DNA of 48,726 nucleotides, taken from IMG/VR virus record IMGVR_UViG_3300025517_000003, positions 1-48,726 of that record; one strand, written 5' to 3'. Under the pieces are notes generated by a model. It ran no database searches and was not told where the DNA came from. It worked only from the letters and a program-made list of their open reading frames with translations. This document shows positions 18,687 to 28,221 of this stretch, in pieces. The stretch's first letter is position 1; each line of letters opens with the position of its first letter. This DNA is from a virus. Its lineage: Duplodnaviria > Caudoviricetes. A program made the translations under genes and the position numbers.

Positions 18687-19142
18687 TTATTGAGTGAACG
18701 CGCCATTTCTGGCGCGATAAATAACCACAGTGACGTCCAAATATGCACGATGTTTCAGTGTGTCATCTTCCACACTTAACTGATTCATCGGCGTCACGCG
18801 GTCAATCTGCATAAAAAAGGCGCCGATAACGACTGGCGTCGTCTGGCGCGTATCATAAAGCGGAATGTCGTCAGCTTGTAGTGCCTGCTTGACGGATTCC
18901 GTTATTTGATTTCGTTCGAATTCACTGTTCCCGAAGATTCCGATTTGCAGATGATATTCTTCGCGATAATCATTTCGCGATGCCTCCATACTGAAAATAT
19001 CCGTCTGCACATCTTCCACCAGGATGAACGGCTTCGGCTTGTTGGACAGATTGACACCGTCATAATGCCAGACGACATCCTGCGCTTCAGGAACAGCAGC
19101 TTCCAGATGTTTGATGATTGAATATTGAATATTATTCAGCAT
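18687..19142 (-). CDS. Tail terminator-like protein
   Basis: Synteny; KPFILV...YHLQIGIFG pattern. Confidence 0.65.
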   Translation of the reverse strand: MLNNIQYSIIKHLEAAVPEAQDVVWHYDGVNLSNKPKPFILVEDVQTDIFSMEASRNDYREEYHLQIGIFGNSEFERNQITESVKQALQADDIPLYDTRQTTPVVIGAFFMQIDRVTPMNQLSVEDDTLKHRAYLDVTVVIYRARNGAFTQ

Positions 19143-19519
19143 TAAACGCTGCCCCCTATTCTTGCGATAGTCTGACGAACGCGTTCACGCAAAGCCGTTC
19201 TGGCTGCCCATTGTGCTTTCCTCATGAAGCCCTTTTTAGTTTTGTGTTCGTATTCCTGGCGGCGCGTATATTCGGCAAGTCCGCCCCATGTTCTTGACAG
19301 CGGCTTCGTGTCTTGCGGAATGATTTGTATGCCTTCTTTCAGCTTCCCTGTCAGGATAGGCGCAGCATCGCGTGCTTTGTTGATTGTTTCAAGAGTTGTC
19401 ACTTCTACGTCAATGTCGATTTCCCGCAGCAGCTGTTCCCGTGCTTTTTTAGTGCGACGGATAGCTTCGTCAATGCCACGTACTTCGACGCGTATGCGTA
19501 ATCCACCGCGACGCGCCAT
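19142..19519 (-). CDS. HK97 gp10-like tail completion protein
   Basis: APILTGKLKEGI, EYTRRQEY, GFMRKA motifs; start trimmed to MARRGG. Confidence 0.75.
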   Translation of the reverse strand: MARRGGLRIRVEVRGIDEAIRRTKKAREQLLREIDIDVEVTTLETINKARDAAPILTGKLKEGIQIIPQDTKPLSRTWGGLAEYTRRQEYEHKTKKGFMRKAQWAARTALRERVRQTIARIGGSV

Positions 19520-19520
19520 T

Positions 19521-19901
19521 CTAGCGCACCAGCCTTGCGATGACTTCGAAGCGGTTTGTTTGACCGATGCCGCGCTCATCTATCGCTACGAAGCGGTAAG
19601 TCTTGCCCTTATATTCGAAGTCTGTAATATTTGTCAAGTCCGCATCCGCAAAGAAGCTGACCAGAATATCATCTGATTGCAGTTCGATGCCTTCCACAGT
19701 CGAACGTTCGCCGCTGCGCAAGCTGTCTATATCCTTCAGAACGACTTCGAATGTCACAGGTTCGGTTGTTTCGATAGGCTCCCCAGTGATAGGATGTTTA
19801 CCCGATTGTGTGACACGCTGCGCCGTGATTGTGACAGTACGATTCGCAGTGATTTCCAGGCGATTGTCTTTAATGAACTGAATGTCTTCTGGCGTCAGCA
19901 T
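19521..19901 (-). CDS. Head closure/head-tail joining protein
   Basis: Synteny; FEYKGKTYRFV pattern. Confidence 0.65.
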   Translation of the reverse strand: MLTPEDIQFIKDNRLEITANRTVTITAQRVTQSGKHPITGEPIETTEPVTFEVVLKDIDSLRSGERSTVEGIELQSDDILVSFFADADLTNITDFEYKGKTYRFVAIDERGIGQTNRFEVIARLVR

Positions 19902-19922
19902 TTCGTGTCCCTTCCTTTTGTT

Positions 19923-20108
19923 TTATTCGTCCGCATCGTCCAGGATGTCGACAAGTTCGATGTCCTCGTTACCGCCTTCGTTGATTGCTTCCATATACTT
20001 TGTGAATTCTTCCTGGACGTATTGCGGCGCACCAGGCAACAGGCGCCAGTTCCCAGGTTCAGCGACGAAGAATTCACTATCCATAAATTTTGGACGATTC
20101 AAGTCCAT
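19923..20108 (-). CDS. Small acidic protein, candidate immunity protein for the MuF toxin domain
   Basis: 61 aa; start overlaps MuF stop; RBS GGGGG. Confidence 0.6.
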   Translation of the reverse strand: MDLNRPKFMDSEFFVAEPGNWRLLPGAPQYVQEEFTKYMEAINEGGNEDIELVDILDDADE

Positions 20109-21829
20109 CAGCTATTCCCCCCTGCGCGATATTTCGCCATAGCCGCTTCCAGCATTTCACCGAATTGCTTCGCGATACTTCTGGCTTCGTCACCTTTTAC
20201 GACGTATTCGCTGAAAAGTTCCGCAAACATTTCGGCGCGTTTTGTGCTGCCATATTCGCTGATGTTTTGATGCCACCATTGCAATGGACGCTGTCTGTAT
20301 TCGTTCCAAAGTTCATCGGCGAACGTCGCAAGCCCAGCATCTTGCAGCAAGTAGTCCACCTGATGACCGAATTCGTGAATAAAGGTACCATAACGGCTTC
20401 CAACAGCAGACCATTGTTGCTTCGCGCTTTGTTCTTTGATTCGTTGGAATTCCTGGCTGTCTTTTGCGCGGATTTTGTTCAGCAGCACATAAGTTTCGCG
20501 TGTCCCATCTGGCTTCGTGTAATAACCAGCCTGTGCGTTCGTATAGCTACTTGTCTTCGCGCGTTTGACGTATTTGCCGCGCACAATAGCGTCGCGTAGT
20601 TCTTTTCTTGCTTGTTCTTCGCCGACATCTTTGATACGTTGCTTCCAGTAGCTGCTTATACTGAAGTTGTGTAAGATAAGGCGCTCGATGTCGTGTTCAT
20701 ACTTCCTGCGGTTCTTTTCTTGAATGGTTCCGATATACGTTATACGTTCCATCATTTCTGGATAACGTTGTTTCATCGTCAACATCGCCCGATTCATTTC
20801 CAGCGCATTGCTCAAGTCATAGTCTTTAAAGTCATATTCGATATAGTCGCCGACGTTACGCTTCGCCCATGCGATTGCTTCTTTTGTGTTCTTTACGGAA
20901 CCTAATGTCGCAATAGGGTCAGCGTCAGGCGTCAGCTGATTGTCTTGCGGCGGCGCTTCTTTTGATTCTTCCGCTGGCATTTGCGGCTGTTGTGAATAGC
21001 GCTGCTTCATCCAATCTTCGTCTATGACATAGCGCAAAGTCGCGGTACAGTTCGGATGTGGGTTGAATATTTCCGCATCAGTTGGCTTGTAAACACCAGC
21101 GCCTTTGCCGTAGCGGTCTTGACGCGCAAGAATTGAACATCTATGTCTTTCGTGATTTTTATGTCCAGGATTGTCGACGATTTTCAGCATCATCGGAATG
21201 TCGGAACGACGTGCTGCGAAAGATGTCGCTACCCGATAAGCAGTATTCCCTTCTGTTATTACCATGCGACGTATTTTCCATGTATCAGTTTCATACACAC
21301 GGCGCACTTGTGCGATTAGGTTTGTGACTCCTGCGCCTTGTAGAATACCAGAACGGATGACATTATTCAATGCGTCACGCTGTTCGCCTGTTAGCTGCCA
21401 GATGCGGTCAGACAGCACCAGCCCATCGGGACTGAAGCGCGTCGATAAATAAACCAGGACATCGCGACTGATTGTGTCGAACTTCATACCTGTGACTACT
21501 GCGCTTCCAAGCGATTGTGTTAGTGCTGTTTGCGCACCGTCGACAGCAGCTTGTGCGCTTTCAGATATTACTTGCTTCATGCCTTCCAGCGTTGTTTCAC
21601 GCATTGCTACTTCGATTTTATCCAGTTCGCGCAAGATTTGCTGGATACGATTCCGCTTTATTGTTCCATCGCTGTCGGCATATTGCAACAACATGTCAGT
21701 CAGTTCGTTTCGAACGCGTTCGATTTCACGCAACATAAAAACAATGTGCCGCCGATTCAGCTTTTCGAAGTCCATGACTGCACGTTCCATCAGCACGAAC
21801 AGCCGCTGCTGGCGTTCTTCTGGCGTCAT
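20108..21829 (-). CDS. MuF/SPP1 gp7-like minor head protein with C-terminal zinc metallopeptidase domain
   Basis: LSDRIW, TEGNTAY and HPNC MuF motifs; C-terminal HEFGH...SEYG...EMFAELF. Confidence 0.85.
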   Translation of the reverse strand: MTPEERQQRLFVLMERAVMDFEKLNRRHIVFMLREIERVRNELTDMLLQYADSDGTIKRNRIQQILRELDKIEVAMRETTLEGMKQVISESAQAAVDGAQTALTQSLGSAVVTGMKFDTISRDVLVYLSTRFSPDGLVLSDRIWQLTGEQRDALNNVIRSGILQGAGVTNLIAQVRRVYETDTWKIRRMVITEGNTAYRVATSFAARRSDIPMMLKIVDNPGHKNHERHRCSILARQDRYGKGAGVYKPTDAEIFNPHPNCTATLRYVIDEDWMKQRYSQQPQMPAEESKEAPPQDNQLTPDADPIATLGSVKNTKEAIAWAKRNVGDYIEYDFKDYDLSNALEMNRAMLTMKQRYPEMMERITYIGTIQEKNRRKYEHDIERLILHNFSISSYWKQRIKDVGEEQARKELRDAIVRGKYVKRAKTSSYTNAQAGYYTKPDGTRETYVLLNKIRAKDSQEFQRIKEQSAKQQWSAVGSRYGTFIHEFGHQVDYLLQDAGLATFADELWNEYRQRPLQWWHQNISEYGSTKRAEMFAELFSEYVVKGDEARSIAKQFGEMLEAAMAKYRAGGNS

Positions 21830-21843
21830 AAGTCACACCCCCT

Positions 21844-22227
21844 TCATCGGTCTATGCGTTTAGCATATCTGAAGCGGACATTCTGCGATGCTAGCTTTGA
21901 ACGTCGCCGTTCGTACTCCTTCAGAAGGCTGTCCGATAGTTTCCGATACTGTTCAGATACCATCGACTTATCGACTTGTTCATCGTTGTCCGTATATCTG
22001 AAGTAGTGCGCGGTCATCATAGCGATGTCACGCGCGCCTTCTGCCTGCGCAAGAATTAAGACAAGATGCTCTTCTTCCACTGGTACCAGCGAAAAGTCAG
22101 ACTTTCCGTGCTGGTGAAGTGCTGAAGTCAACCACGCTTCAACGTCTTCTTGCGTCACGTTCGGTACATTTCGAAACTTTGCCAGCAAGCGCGCAGTCAT
22201 GTCCTGTAATGTCGCCATGAATGCCAC
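21844..22227 (-). CDS. Head-tail connector (adaptor)
   Basis: Synteny after capsid; helical 127 aa. Confidence 0.6.
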   Translation of the reverse strand: MAFMATLQDMTARLLAKFRNVPNVTQEDVEAWLTSALHQHGKSDFSLVPVEEEHLVLILAQAEGARDIAMMTAHYFRYTDNDEQVDKSMVSEQYRKLSDSLLKEYERRRSKLASQNVRFRYAKRIDR

Positions 22228-22238
22228 GCCCCCTTTTG

Positions 22239-22472
22239 TTATTCAGATTTTGAAGAAGATTTTTTTCGTGAAATAGGCTTTTTCGGCTGCGGTTCTTCTT
22301 TCTTCGGCTGCGATTTTTCTTCAGCCCTTTTCGGTTCGTCTAGGACTTTCACATAGCCAATGCGTTGCAGATATTCCGCTTGCGATTGCTCAAGTTCAAG
22401 CTGTTCACCCTTTTTCTTGTTGCCGACTATTGCGCCCAGAACTTCCACTTTGACTTTTGCCACTATGCGCAC
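22239..22472 (-). CDS. Small head-associated protein
   Basis: KKGEQLEL...AEYLQRIGYV with Lys-rich tail, typical post-capsid gene. Confidence 0.55.
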   Translation of the reverse strand: MRIVAKVKVEVLGAIVGNKKKGEQLELEQSQAEYLQRIGYVKVLDEPKRAEEKSQPKKEEPQPKKPISRKKSSSKSE

Positions 22473-22476
22473 CCCC

Positions 22477-22516
22477 TAGAAGTTGTTAGATGTTACTAGA
22501 AGTTATTAGAAGTTAA
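22477..22516. repeat. Four 10-bp tandem repeats TAGA(A/T)GTT(A/G)N
   Basis: tagaagttgt tagatgttac tagaagttat tagaagttaa, next to a GGCGGG/CCCGCC hairpin. Confidence 0.8.
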
Positions 22517-22574
22517 AGGCGGGACGAAGCCCGCCAGATGTTACGCTATCGCATAGCGTATTTCCTACACACTA

Positions 22575-23594
22575 TTAAGCGCCAGGGAATACGTCGGCAT
22601 GAAGAAGTAGTTCTGGCTTCATTACCGCAGGGAAGCCAGCTGCAACAGCGCGAAGAACAGATTCCACAGGCTCGTTCTTGTCGTATGCGTCAAGCGCAAT
22701 TCCAGGACGGAAGTCGTTTTCGACAGTTACGCCCAGCAAGAATTCGCCCACGCCTTCAGATACGAAGACGACACGATTCACAGGCATGAATTCGATTGTT
22801 TCGTTTTGTCCTGTGTAAGGATTCTTCACAGTGACTTTGCGGTCTGTCACGATTGTGATTTCAGGTAAACCATTCGCTGCAAGTACGCTTTGAACATCTT
22901 CAAGGCTTGCGCGCAATGAACCAGCAGGACGTCCAGCTTCTGTAATGATTAGCTGATTTTTAGCCATGCGGTTGAATACTTCACGGCTCACAAGAATAGC
23001 GTCAGGCTGCTTACCGTTTGCTTCTTCGTAAGTAGCCACCCATTCAAGTAAGTCGCCGATAATATCGCGGTCAGTTTCGTCCCAGTCATCGCCATCTGTA
23101 AGCGCGATTTTGTGTTCCGCAGGAATTCCGAAGTCCACAACAGCTTTGACGCCGTTTGCGTTGTACTCGAACTTCCCTTTCGTGATTGCTTCCATTTTCA
23201 TGACGTCGATGCGTTTCTGGATAGCTTCGACAAGGTCGACGCCTTTCATGACAAGGCGGTCAATTGTATTTGTTCTTTCGTCTTCGTTGCGTGCTTCAAA
23301 GATAGAAAGAAGTTCGTCTTCAGTCACGACATACTTCAAGCCCATCTTTGTGATTTCGCCATGCATTTTAGCGACAGCATCGCGGTCAACGACTGGCGGT
23401 TCTGCGCCGTATCCAATCATCGCAGCGATGTGTTGACTGTTTTTAATGATGTCATAAGCGAATGTGCGTGAATAGATTTGTGATTCTGGTAAAAAGCGGT
23501 CTGCAAGCGTAGGCACGCGGTCTTTTTGCGTTTCATCCACAAGTCCGCGAAGCGTTTCACGCTTGAATTCGTCAAGATGTGAGATTCCAGCCAT
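22575..23594 (-). CDS. Major capsid protein (lambda gpE-like)
   Basis: 339 aa; VDFGIP, DIIGDL and PDAILVS patterns; follows scaffold and decoration genes. Confidence 0.88.
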   Translation of the reverse strand: MAGISHLDEFKRETLRGLVDETQKDRVPTLADRFLPESQIYSRTFAYDIIKNSQHIAAMIGYGAEPPVVDRDAVAKMHGEITKMGLKYVVTEDELLSIFEARNEDERTNTIDRLVMKGVDLVEAIQKRIDVMKMEAITKGKFEYNANGVKAVVDFGIPAEHKIALTDGDDWDETDRDIIGDLLEWVATYEEANGKQPDAILVSREVFNRMAKNQLIITEAGRPAGSLRASLEDVQSVLAANGLPEITIVTDRKVTVKNPYTGQNETIEFMPVNRVVFVSEGVGEFLLGVTVENDFRPGIALDAYDKNEPVESVLRAVAAGFPAVMKPELLLHADVFPGA

Positions 23595-23638
23595 GTTTTA
23601 TTTCCCCCTTGTTATTTTTATTCAGTTAGGCTGCTATG

Positions 23639-24016
23639 TTAGATATGCTTTACATAACGGATATTATCGTTCGCAGCTTTGAAAGCGTCTGTCGCGCCGA
23701 TAACTTTTGCATCGTACACAGACCCGCGCACGATAACTTCGCCGACGATGACGTCGTTTACTCCGTCCACTTTCACGTCGACATTCAGGATTGCGAACTC
23801 GTCGAAACCAGGTTCTAAGGTACCAGGCGTCGTTTCGACATACTCCTCGAATTTCCCTGTTGTCGTATTACGTGCGATGGCAGTCCCAGCTTCAAGCGTC
23901 TTTGCGCCGATAGCAGCTGCGTCTAATGTCGCACCACCTTCGATGAATTGAACGTGTTCAGACGCCAGGATGTTTTTACCACTGACGTAATTGCTGCGAT
24001 ATGGTTGAAGTGCCAT
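23639..24016 (-). CDS. Head decoration protein (gpD-like)
   Basis: LEAGTAI...TTGKF...AIL..DV pattern; between scaffold and capsid. Confidence 0.75.
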   Translation of the reverse strand: MALQPYRSNYVSGKNILASEHVQFIEGGATLDAAAIGAKTLEAGTAIARNTTTGKFEEYVETTPGTLEPGFDEFAILNVDVKVDGVNDVIVGEVIVRGSVYDAKVIGATDAFKAANDNIRYVKHI

Positions 24017-24065
24017 GCGTATTTCCTCCTTGTTGATGTTTTATTTCATAGCGCCTGGCGACTGA

Positions 24066-24650
24066 TTAGCGCCCGCGCTTTGATTTGATTCGTTCATACA
24101 AGCTGCGCCCTTTTTCCTCAAGCCCTTTCTGCGCTGCCTGCTCCTTCTTAGGATTTCCAGGATGCGGGTCAATCGCTTGCTTCTTTGGCGGAATATGTTT
24201 TTTGACTTCTGCGATTGCTGCCTGGATTTCTTCTTCTGTTTCGCCGCGCAAGATGCTCTTCACGAAGTCCAGCTGGTCTGGCGCATAGCCCGCTTTCACT
24301 AACAAGTCCGTTTTTAGTCCGTCGACTGTTTTCGCCTTGATGTCATCTTGCAGCTTTTCGTATTCTTCTTTCAGTTGTTCATACAGCTTTTTATACTCGT
24401 TTTGTTCTTCCAGGCGTTTCTGTTCCGCTTCCTTTTCGCGTTTCTTGCGGTCGCGGTCGAGCCGCTCCTTTATTAGCTGATTAATATATTCTTGCTGTTC
24501 AGGCGTGAACTCGATTTTCCTTTCGCCACCTTCGTGCTCGTCGTCTTCTTTAATTTCATCATCAGCTGGCGGATTGTCGTCATCATTTCCACCTTCCGCA
24601 AAGAATTGCAAGTCTAAACGCATAGGATATTTGTTTTTGATTTCTTCCAT
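24066..24650 (-). CDS. Capsid scaffolding protein with N-terminal Prp-type cleavage motif
   Basis: MRLDLQFFAE; FTPEQ..INQLIKERL coiled coil. Confidence 0.88.
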   Translation of the reverse strand: MEEIKNKYPMRLDLQFFAEGGNDDDNPPADDEIKEDDEHEGGERKIEFTPEQQEYINQLIKERLDRDRKKREKEAEQKRLEEQNEYKKLYEQLKEEYEKLQDDIKAKTVDGLKTDLLVKAGYAPDQLDFVKSILRGETEEEIQAAIAEVKKHIPPKKQAIDPHPGNPKKEQAAQKGLEEKGRSLYERIKSKRGR

Positions 24651-24720
24651 TGCTCATTCCCCTTTCCGTTTTTAGTCCGTCGACTGTTATTTCCGTCAGT
24701 TTAACGTCATAACGTAGGAC

Positions 24721-24753
24721 AAGAAAAAGGCGCCGCGATTATTCAGCAGCGCC
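24721..24753 (-). terminator. Terminator-like hairpin after portal
   Basis: GGCGCTGC-loop-GCGGCGCC-TTTTTCTT. Confidence 0.65.
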
Positions 24754-26319
24754 ATATTCTTCAGGATTTTGCGCAAAGGATGTCACCGCATCGCCGTAAG
24801 GGTCAGCCATGCGCATCCTTGCGACTTTTTCGTTGTCGATTTCTGCGGATTTGTATGCAACATTTTCCACGCCCAAACGCTGCATTGCACCTTTCAAGGA
24901 TTCGAAGCCGCTTGAAACTTCCAGTGAAAGAAGTTCCACCAGTTCTTTGCGGTTGTCTGGCAGTGGAAGCTGGAATTTTATAGTACTGTCATAATCGTTA
25001 CCGATTGCGCGCACGACTTCTTTGTCATAACCGAAGACATCGCGGTCAAGCCGCGCTTGCAAATAGCGCACAGTCTTTTCGTGTAGTTCAGCAAGCCTGC
25101 TTCCCCAGACAAGCCAGTGCTCTTCTGTTTCCTGGATAATCGAATGAAACAGTACATGCAGCGCTTCGCCATTCAAGCCCCCGAAGTTCAGTTCTTGCGG
25201 CACGATGTTCGGAATACTTGTGACTTCATGCAGCGCTGCCTTCAAGCGTGAATAGGTTTCATCGAAGGCGCTGCCCCAAGTGAAGCCCGATTCGATTTTC
25301 TTGACGTCAGGCTTCGCCATTCCCTCGCTCATTCCTTGTTGTGCGATTTCTAACATCGCACCAGGCGCCACGTTCACTTTGTCAGTCGTCCCAGGCGGTA
25401 CTCCCAGGAACGCAGTCATCGGGAACATCTCGAATTTCAAGCTGTCGATGGCGTCTTCATTCAGCTTGTTCAGTACATCGGTCAGCTGGCGCATGTCGTC
25501 GATTTCATCATTCGTGACGTCGTCGCCTGTCAAGTCTTCAATCGGGAACAGGACGACTGGAATGAAGTCGATTTCCATGCTCTCTTTTTCAGTGATTGTG
25601 CGGATGCGGTTCAGCTGCATATCGAATTCCGCTTCTTCCAGATAACAAAAGCCGTCTTCTTCCATGCTGAATGTCTGCTTCCAGATGTATTGCGCATCGC
25701 CCTTGCCGCGAAGTTGGACGAAGTGAACAGCCAGCAGCTCTTCGAAGTCATCGTCTGAATATACTGGAATGATTTCTGTATCAGGGCGGAACACCCATTT
25801 GATTTTCCCAGTGCGCGGATTGAAAACGATTTTACAGCCAACGCGTCCCGCTATCAATCTGTCTTTCGCGGCTTGCATCAGCTTTTCACGCATCCTGTTT
25901 TCTTTCCACAATTGATTCAGCAGCCGCTCATAGTCCGCAGCGCGCTTGTTTTCTCTTTTCTGCGCTTCAGAAGGTTGATAGTCTGGTTTGATTGTGTCTT
26001 CTAGCGCATCCAGCTGCTTCGGTTCGACTGTGATGCCATGATGTCCGCCCATTTGCCAGCGCGCCTTCTTTTGAATGAATGTCTTGAAATAGTTCGTGTA
26101 AAAGCGCGTCGGGTCGTAGTCAAGCCCAGCAGGACGTTCCAGTTCGTCAGGACGAACCAGGCGCCCATCTTTCATATGCTGCTTGCCCTCATAATAGTCA
26201 TAGTTTTCGAGTTGCTTGCGGATTCGTTCGCGTGTTTCTTCACCAAGCGCGATTTCGAACGGACTGAAAAGCAATTCATCCATCTGCTGCGGCGTTAAAA
26301 TGTTATAGTCTACATACAT
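24739..26319 (-). CDS. Portal protein (SPP1 gp6-like)
   Basis: DYYEGKQH, FIPVVLF, GGLNGEAL, LPDNRKE; after TerL. Confidence 0.9.
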   Translation of the reverse strand: MYVDYNILTPQQMDELLFSPFEIALGEETRERIRKQLENYDYYEGKQHMKDGRLVRPDELERPAGLDYDPTRFYTNYFKTFIQKKARWQMGGHHGITVEPKQLDALEDTIKPDYQPSEAQKRENKRAADYERLLNQLWKENRMREKLMQAAKDRLIAGRVGCKIVFNPRTGKIKWVFRPDTEIIPVYSDDDFEELLAVHFVQLRGKGDAQYIWKQTFSMEEDGFCYLEEAEFDMQLNRIRTITEKESMEIDFIPVVLFPIEDLTGDDVTNDEIDDMRQLTDVLNKLNEDAIDSLKFEMFPMTAFLGVPPGTTDKVNVAPGAMLEIAQQGMSEGMAKPDVKKIESGFTWGSAFDETYSRLKAALHEVTSIPNIVPQELNFGGLNGEALHVLFHSIIQETEEHWLVWGSRLAELHEKTVRYLQARLDRDVFGYDKEVVRAIGNDYDSTIKFQLPLPDNRKELVELLSLEVSSGFESLKGAMQRLGVENVAYKSAEIDNEKVARMRMADPYGDAVTSFAQNPEEYGAAE

Positions 26320-26335
26320 CTACCCATTCCCCCTT

Positions 26336-28039
26336 TCATCTCATTCTTTTTCGCGCCATCCTGATTTGAACATGGTTTTCTTTTGCTGTCGTAATAGCCA
26401 TTGATAAAGCGTCGGGAGCGTCATCATGGTCATGCGACGGATAAAGTTCCAGCTGTTCCAACAGCGCCCGTTGCTCTTTTCTGAAGCGGATGCGTCCGCC
26501 TTGTATGTCAGGTAGCAGCGCTTCAATGCGAAGTTCCTTGCGTGTTCTGTGTTTGATTTTCTTCAGCCTTGTCAGCGCAGGATATCCAGCTATAATTAGA
26601 CTTTGCGCAAGTTTATCGGCGAACCATTCTTGCGCCTGAATAGCTTCGACGCCAATACCAGCCAGCTGCCATTTCATCGTCATTTCTGTTACCTTTTCCA
26701 GCAGGACGTCTGGATGGACGCGTTCGACGTATGTGTCGACGACATAAAAAACGCCGTTAGGTGATTTCCCAACGACGATGATTGCGGAATAGTCGCCCTT
26801 CTCTTTACCCATCGCAAAGTCGACACCCGCATAGTATTCAAGATTATCGGGCAATTCTTCCATTCTGTAAAAATACATGTCTTCCAGCTTGAACACCTGC
26901 GATTCCTCATCTATCGGATTACACATGTATTCCTGATTAAATGCTTTTGCGCCTTCATTTTCCAAGACTTTCATTAAGTCCAAATAAGACCAGCGCGCTT
27001 CCCACAAAACAGCGGTTCCGCGCAGCATCTCTTCTTTGTTAGCTTCGAAGAACGCATCGGCGCGCCGCACGCTGTCCTCCGCATCCTCGCGATATATTTC
27101 GCGCCATTTCTGCCATAAGTCCTGGCGCTCTGACCATTTCAATATCGCAGGGAACTTGCGGCTGACGAAGTCTTTCCGTTCCTTTATGACGTAGTTCAAC
27201 AGACTGTCGTGATGAACGATTGTACCCATGTAGACGCAGATGCCGCCGTCCTTCGATAAGGCTTGCAACATTTCTTCGCGGAACCAGTCTTTATTCTGTT
27301 TGCGAAGTTCTGGCGTGTTTGTGTTCTTCTTCGACTCTAAATCGTCCAACAGGAATAAGTCTGGACGCGTCGCACCATGTCGCAGCCCGCGCATCTGCGT
27401 CCCGACACCTTTCGCTTCGACTTTTGTGCCAGATGTTGTGACGAATTCGTATCTGTTATCAGCTTCGTTCAGCGCCTTTTTTGGATTCAACAGTTCGCCG
27501 AAGTCCTGGCGCAATTTTTGATTATGTTTTAACTGATTCGCCGTCCAAGTTATAAAGTCCCCAGCGACGTCTGTCGTTTCTGATACTAGTACAATGTACT
27601 TGCGCAGACGATAGACGACTTCGTGACACAGGAAGCCGTTTGATAAATACGCAGTTTTTGCGTGCTGACGTCCCACTGACCAGGCGACGTGATGATGTAC
27701 CTTCCCGCGGCTGATTTCGTCAAGCAAGCGACACAGTTCCTGATGGAACCACGGCGCCTGGTCGATTGTAACGCCCGCAGGAATAAGATTATCAGGATTC
27801 CCAGGATTGCGTTCTTCGCTGAAATATTCGTACATGAAGAACAGCATGTCGTGCTCGCCGCGATGGACGCGCTCAAGGCGTTCCAAGTCGTCCAAGTCGA
27901 CTTCCAGCTGCGCAAAGTCGGCTTCTGTCATTTCGCCCGCTTTCATCAGTTGGTGATATATTTTTATATTTTCGCGCAACAACCTAATGGCGTCGGCGCG
28001 CTCGTCGTATTTTAGCCACTCACCGTTAAAAAACGCCAC
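26336..28039 (-). CDS. terL: Terminase large subunit
   Basis: GRQHAKT Walker A, RPDLFLLDDLE Walker B, YAGVDFA and HDDAPDA nuclease motifs. Confidence 0.95.
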   Translation of the reverse strand: MAFFNGEWLKYDERADAIRLLRENIKIYHQLMKAGEMTEADFAQLEVDLDDLERLERVHRGEHDMLFFMYEYFSEERNPGNPDNLIPAGVTIDQAPWFHQELCRLLDEISRGKVHHHVAWSVGRQHAKTAYLSNGFLCHEVVYRLRKYIVLVSETTDVAGDFITWTANQLKHNQKLRQDFGELLNPKKALNEADNRYEFVTTSGTKVEAKGVGTQMRGLRHGATRPDLFLLDDLESKKNTNTPELRKQNKDWFREEMLQALSKDGGICVYMGTIVHHDSLLNYVIKERKDFVSRKFPAILKWSERQDLWQKWREIYREDAEDSVRRADAFFEANKEEMLRGTAVLWEARWSYLDLMKVLENEGAKAFNQEYMCNPIDEESQVFKLEDMYFYRMEELPDNLEYYAGVDFAMGKEKGDYSAIIVVGKSPNGVFYVVDTYVERVHPDVLLEKVTEMTMKWQLAGIGVEAIQAQEWFADKLAQSLIIAGYPALTRLKKIKHRTRKELRIEALLPDIQGGRIRFRKEQRALLEQLELYPSHDHDDAPDALSMAITTAKENHVQIRMARKRMR

Positions 28040-28087
28040 TTATTCCTTTTCACCCCTTTGTGTCGCAAAGTGTTATTTATATTGCAT

Positions 28088-28210
28088 ATAAGCGCAAGAT
28101 ATTGTTTATATTTATAAGAAAATGATATTTTTTATATTTATAAGCGCAGGATATTGTTTATATCTATAAGCGCAAGATATTTTTTATATTTATAAGCGCA
28201 AGATATTATA
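28088..28210. repeat. Five approximately 26-bp tandem repeats (ATAAGCGCAAGATATT(G/T)TTTATAT..)
   Basis: Units start at 28088, 28114, 28140, 28166 and 28192. Confidence 0.85.
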
Positions 28211-28221
28211 TAAGCGTATAT

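Noticed and set aside
28088-28210. 26-bp repeats as a mini-CRISPR
   Set aside because: Intervening bases are short, AT-rich and similar to each other, not unique spacers
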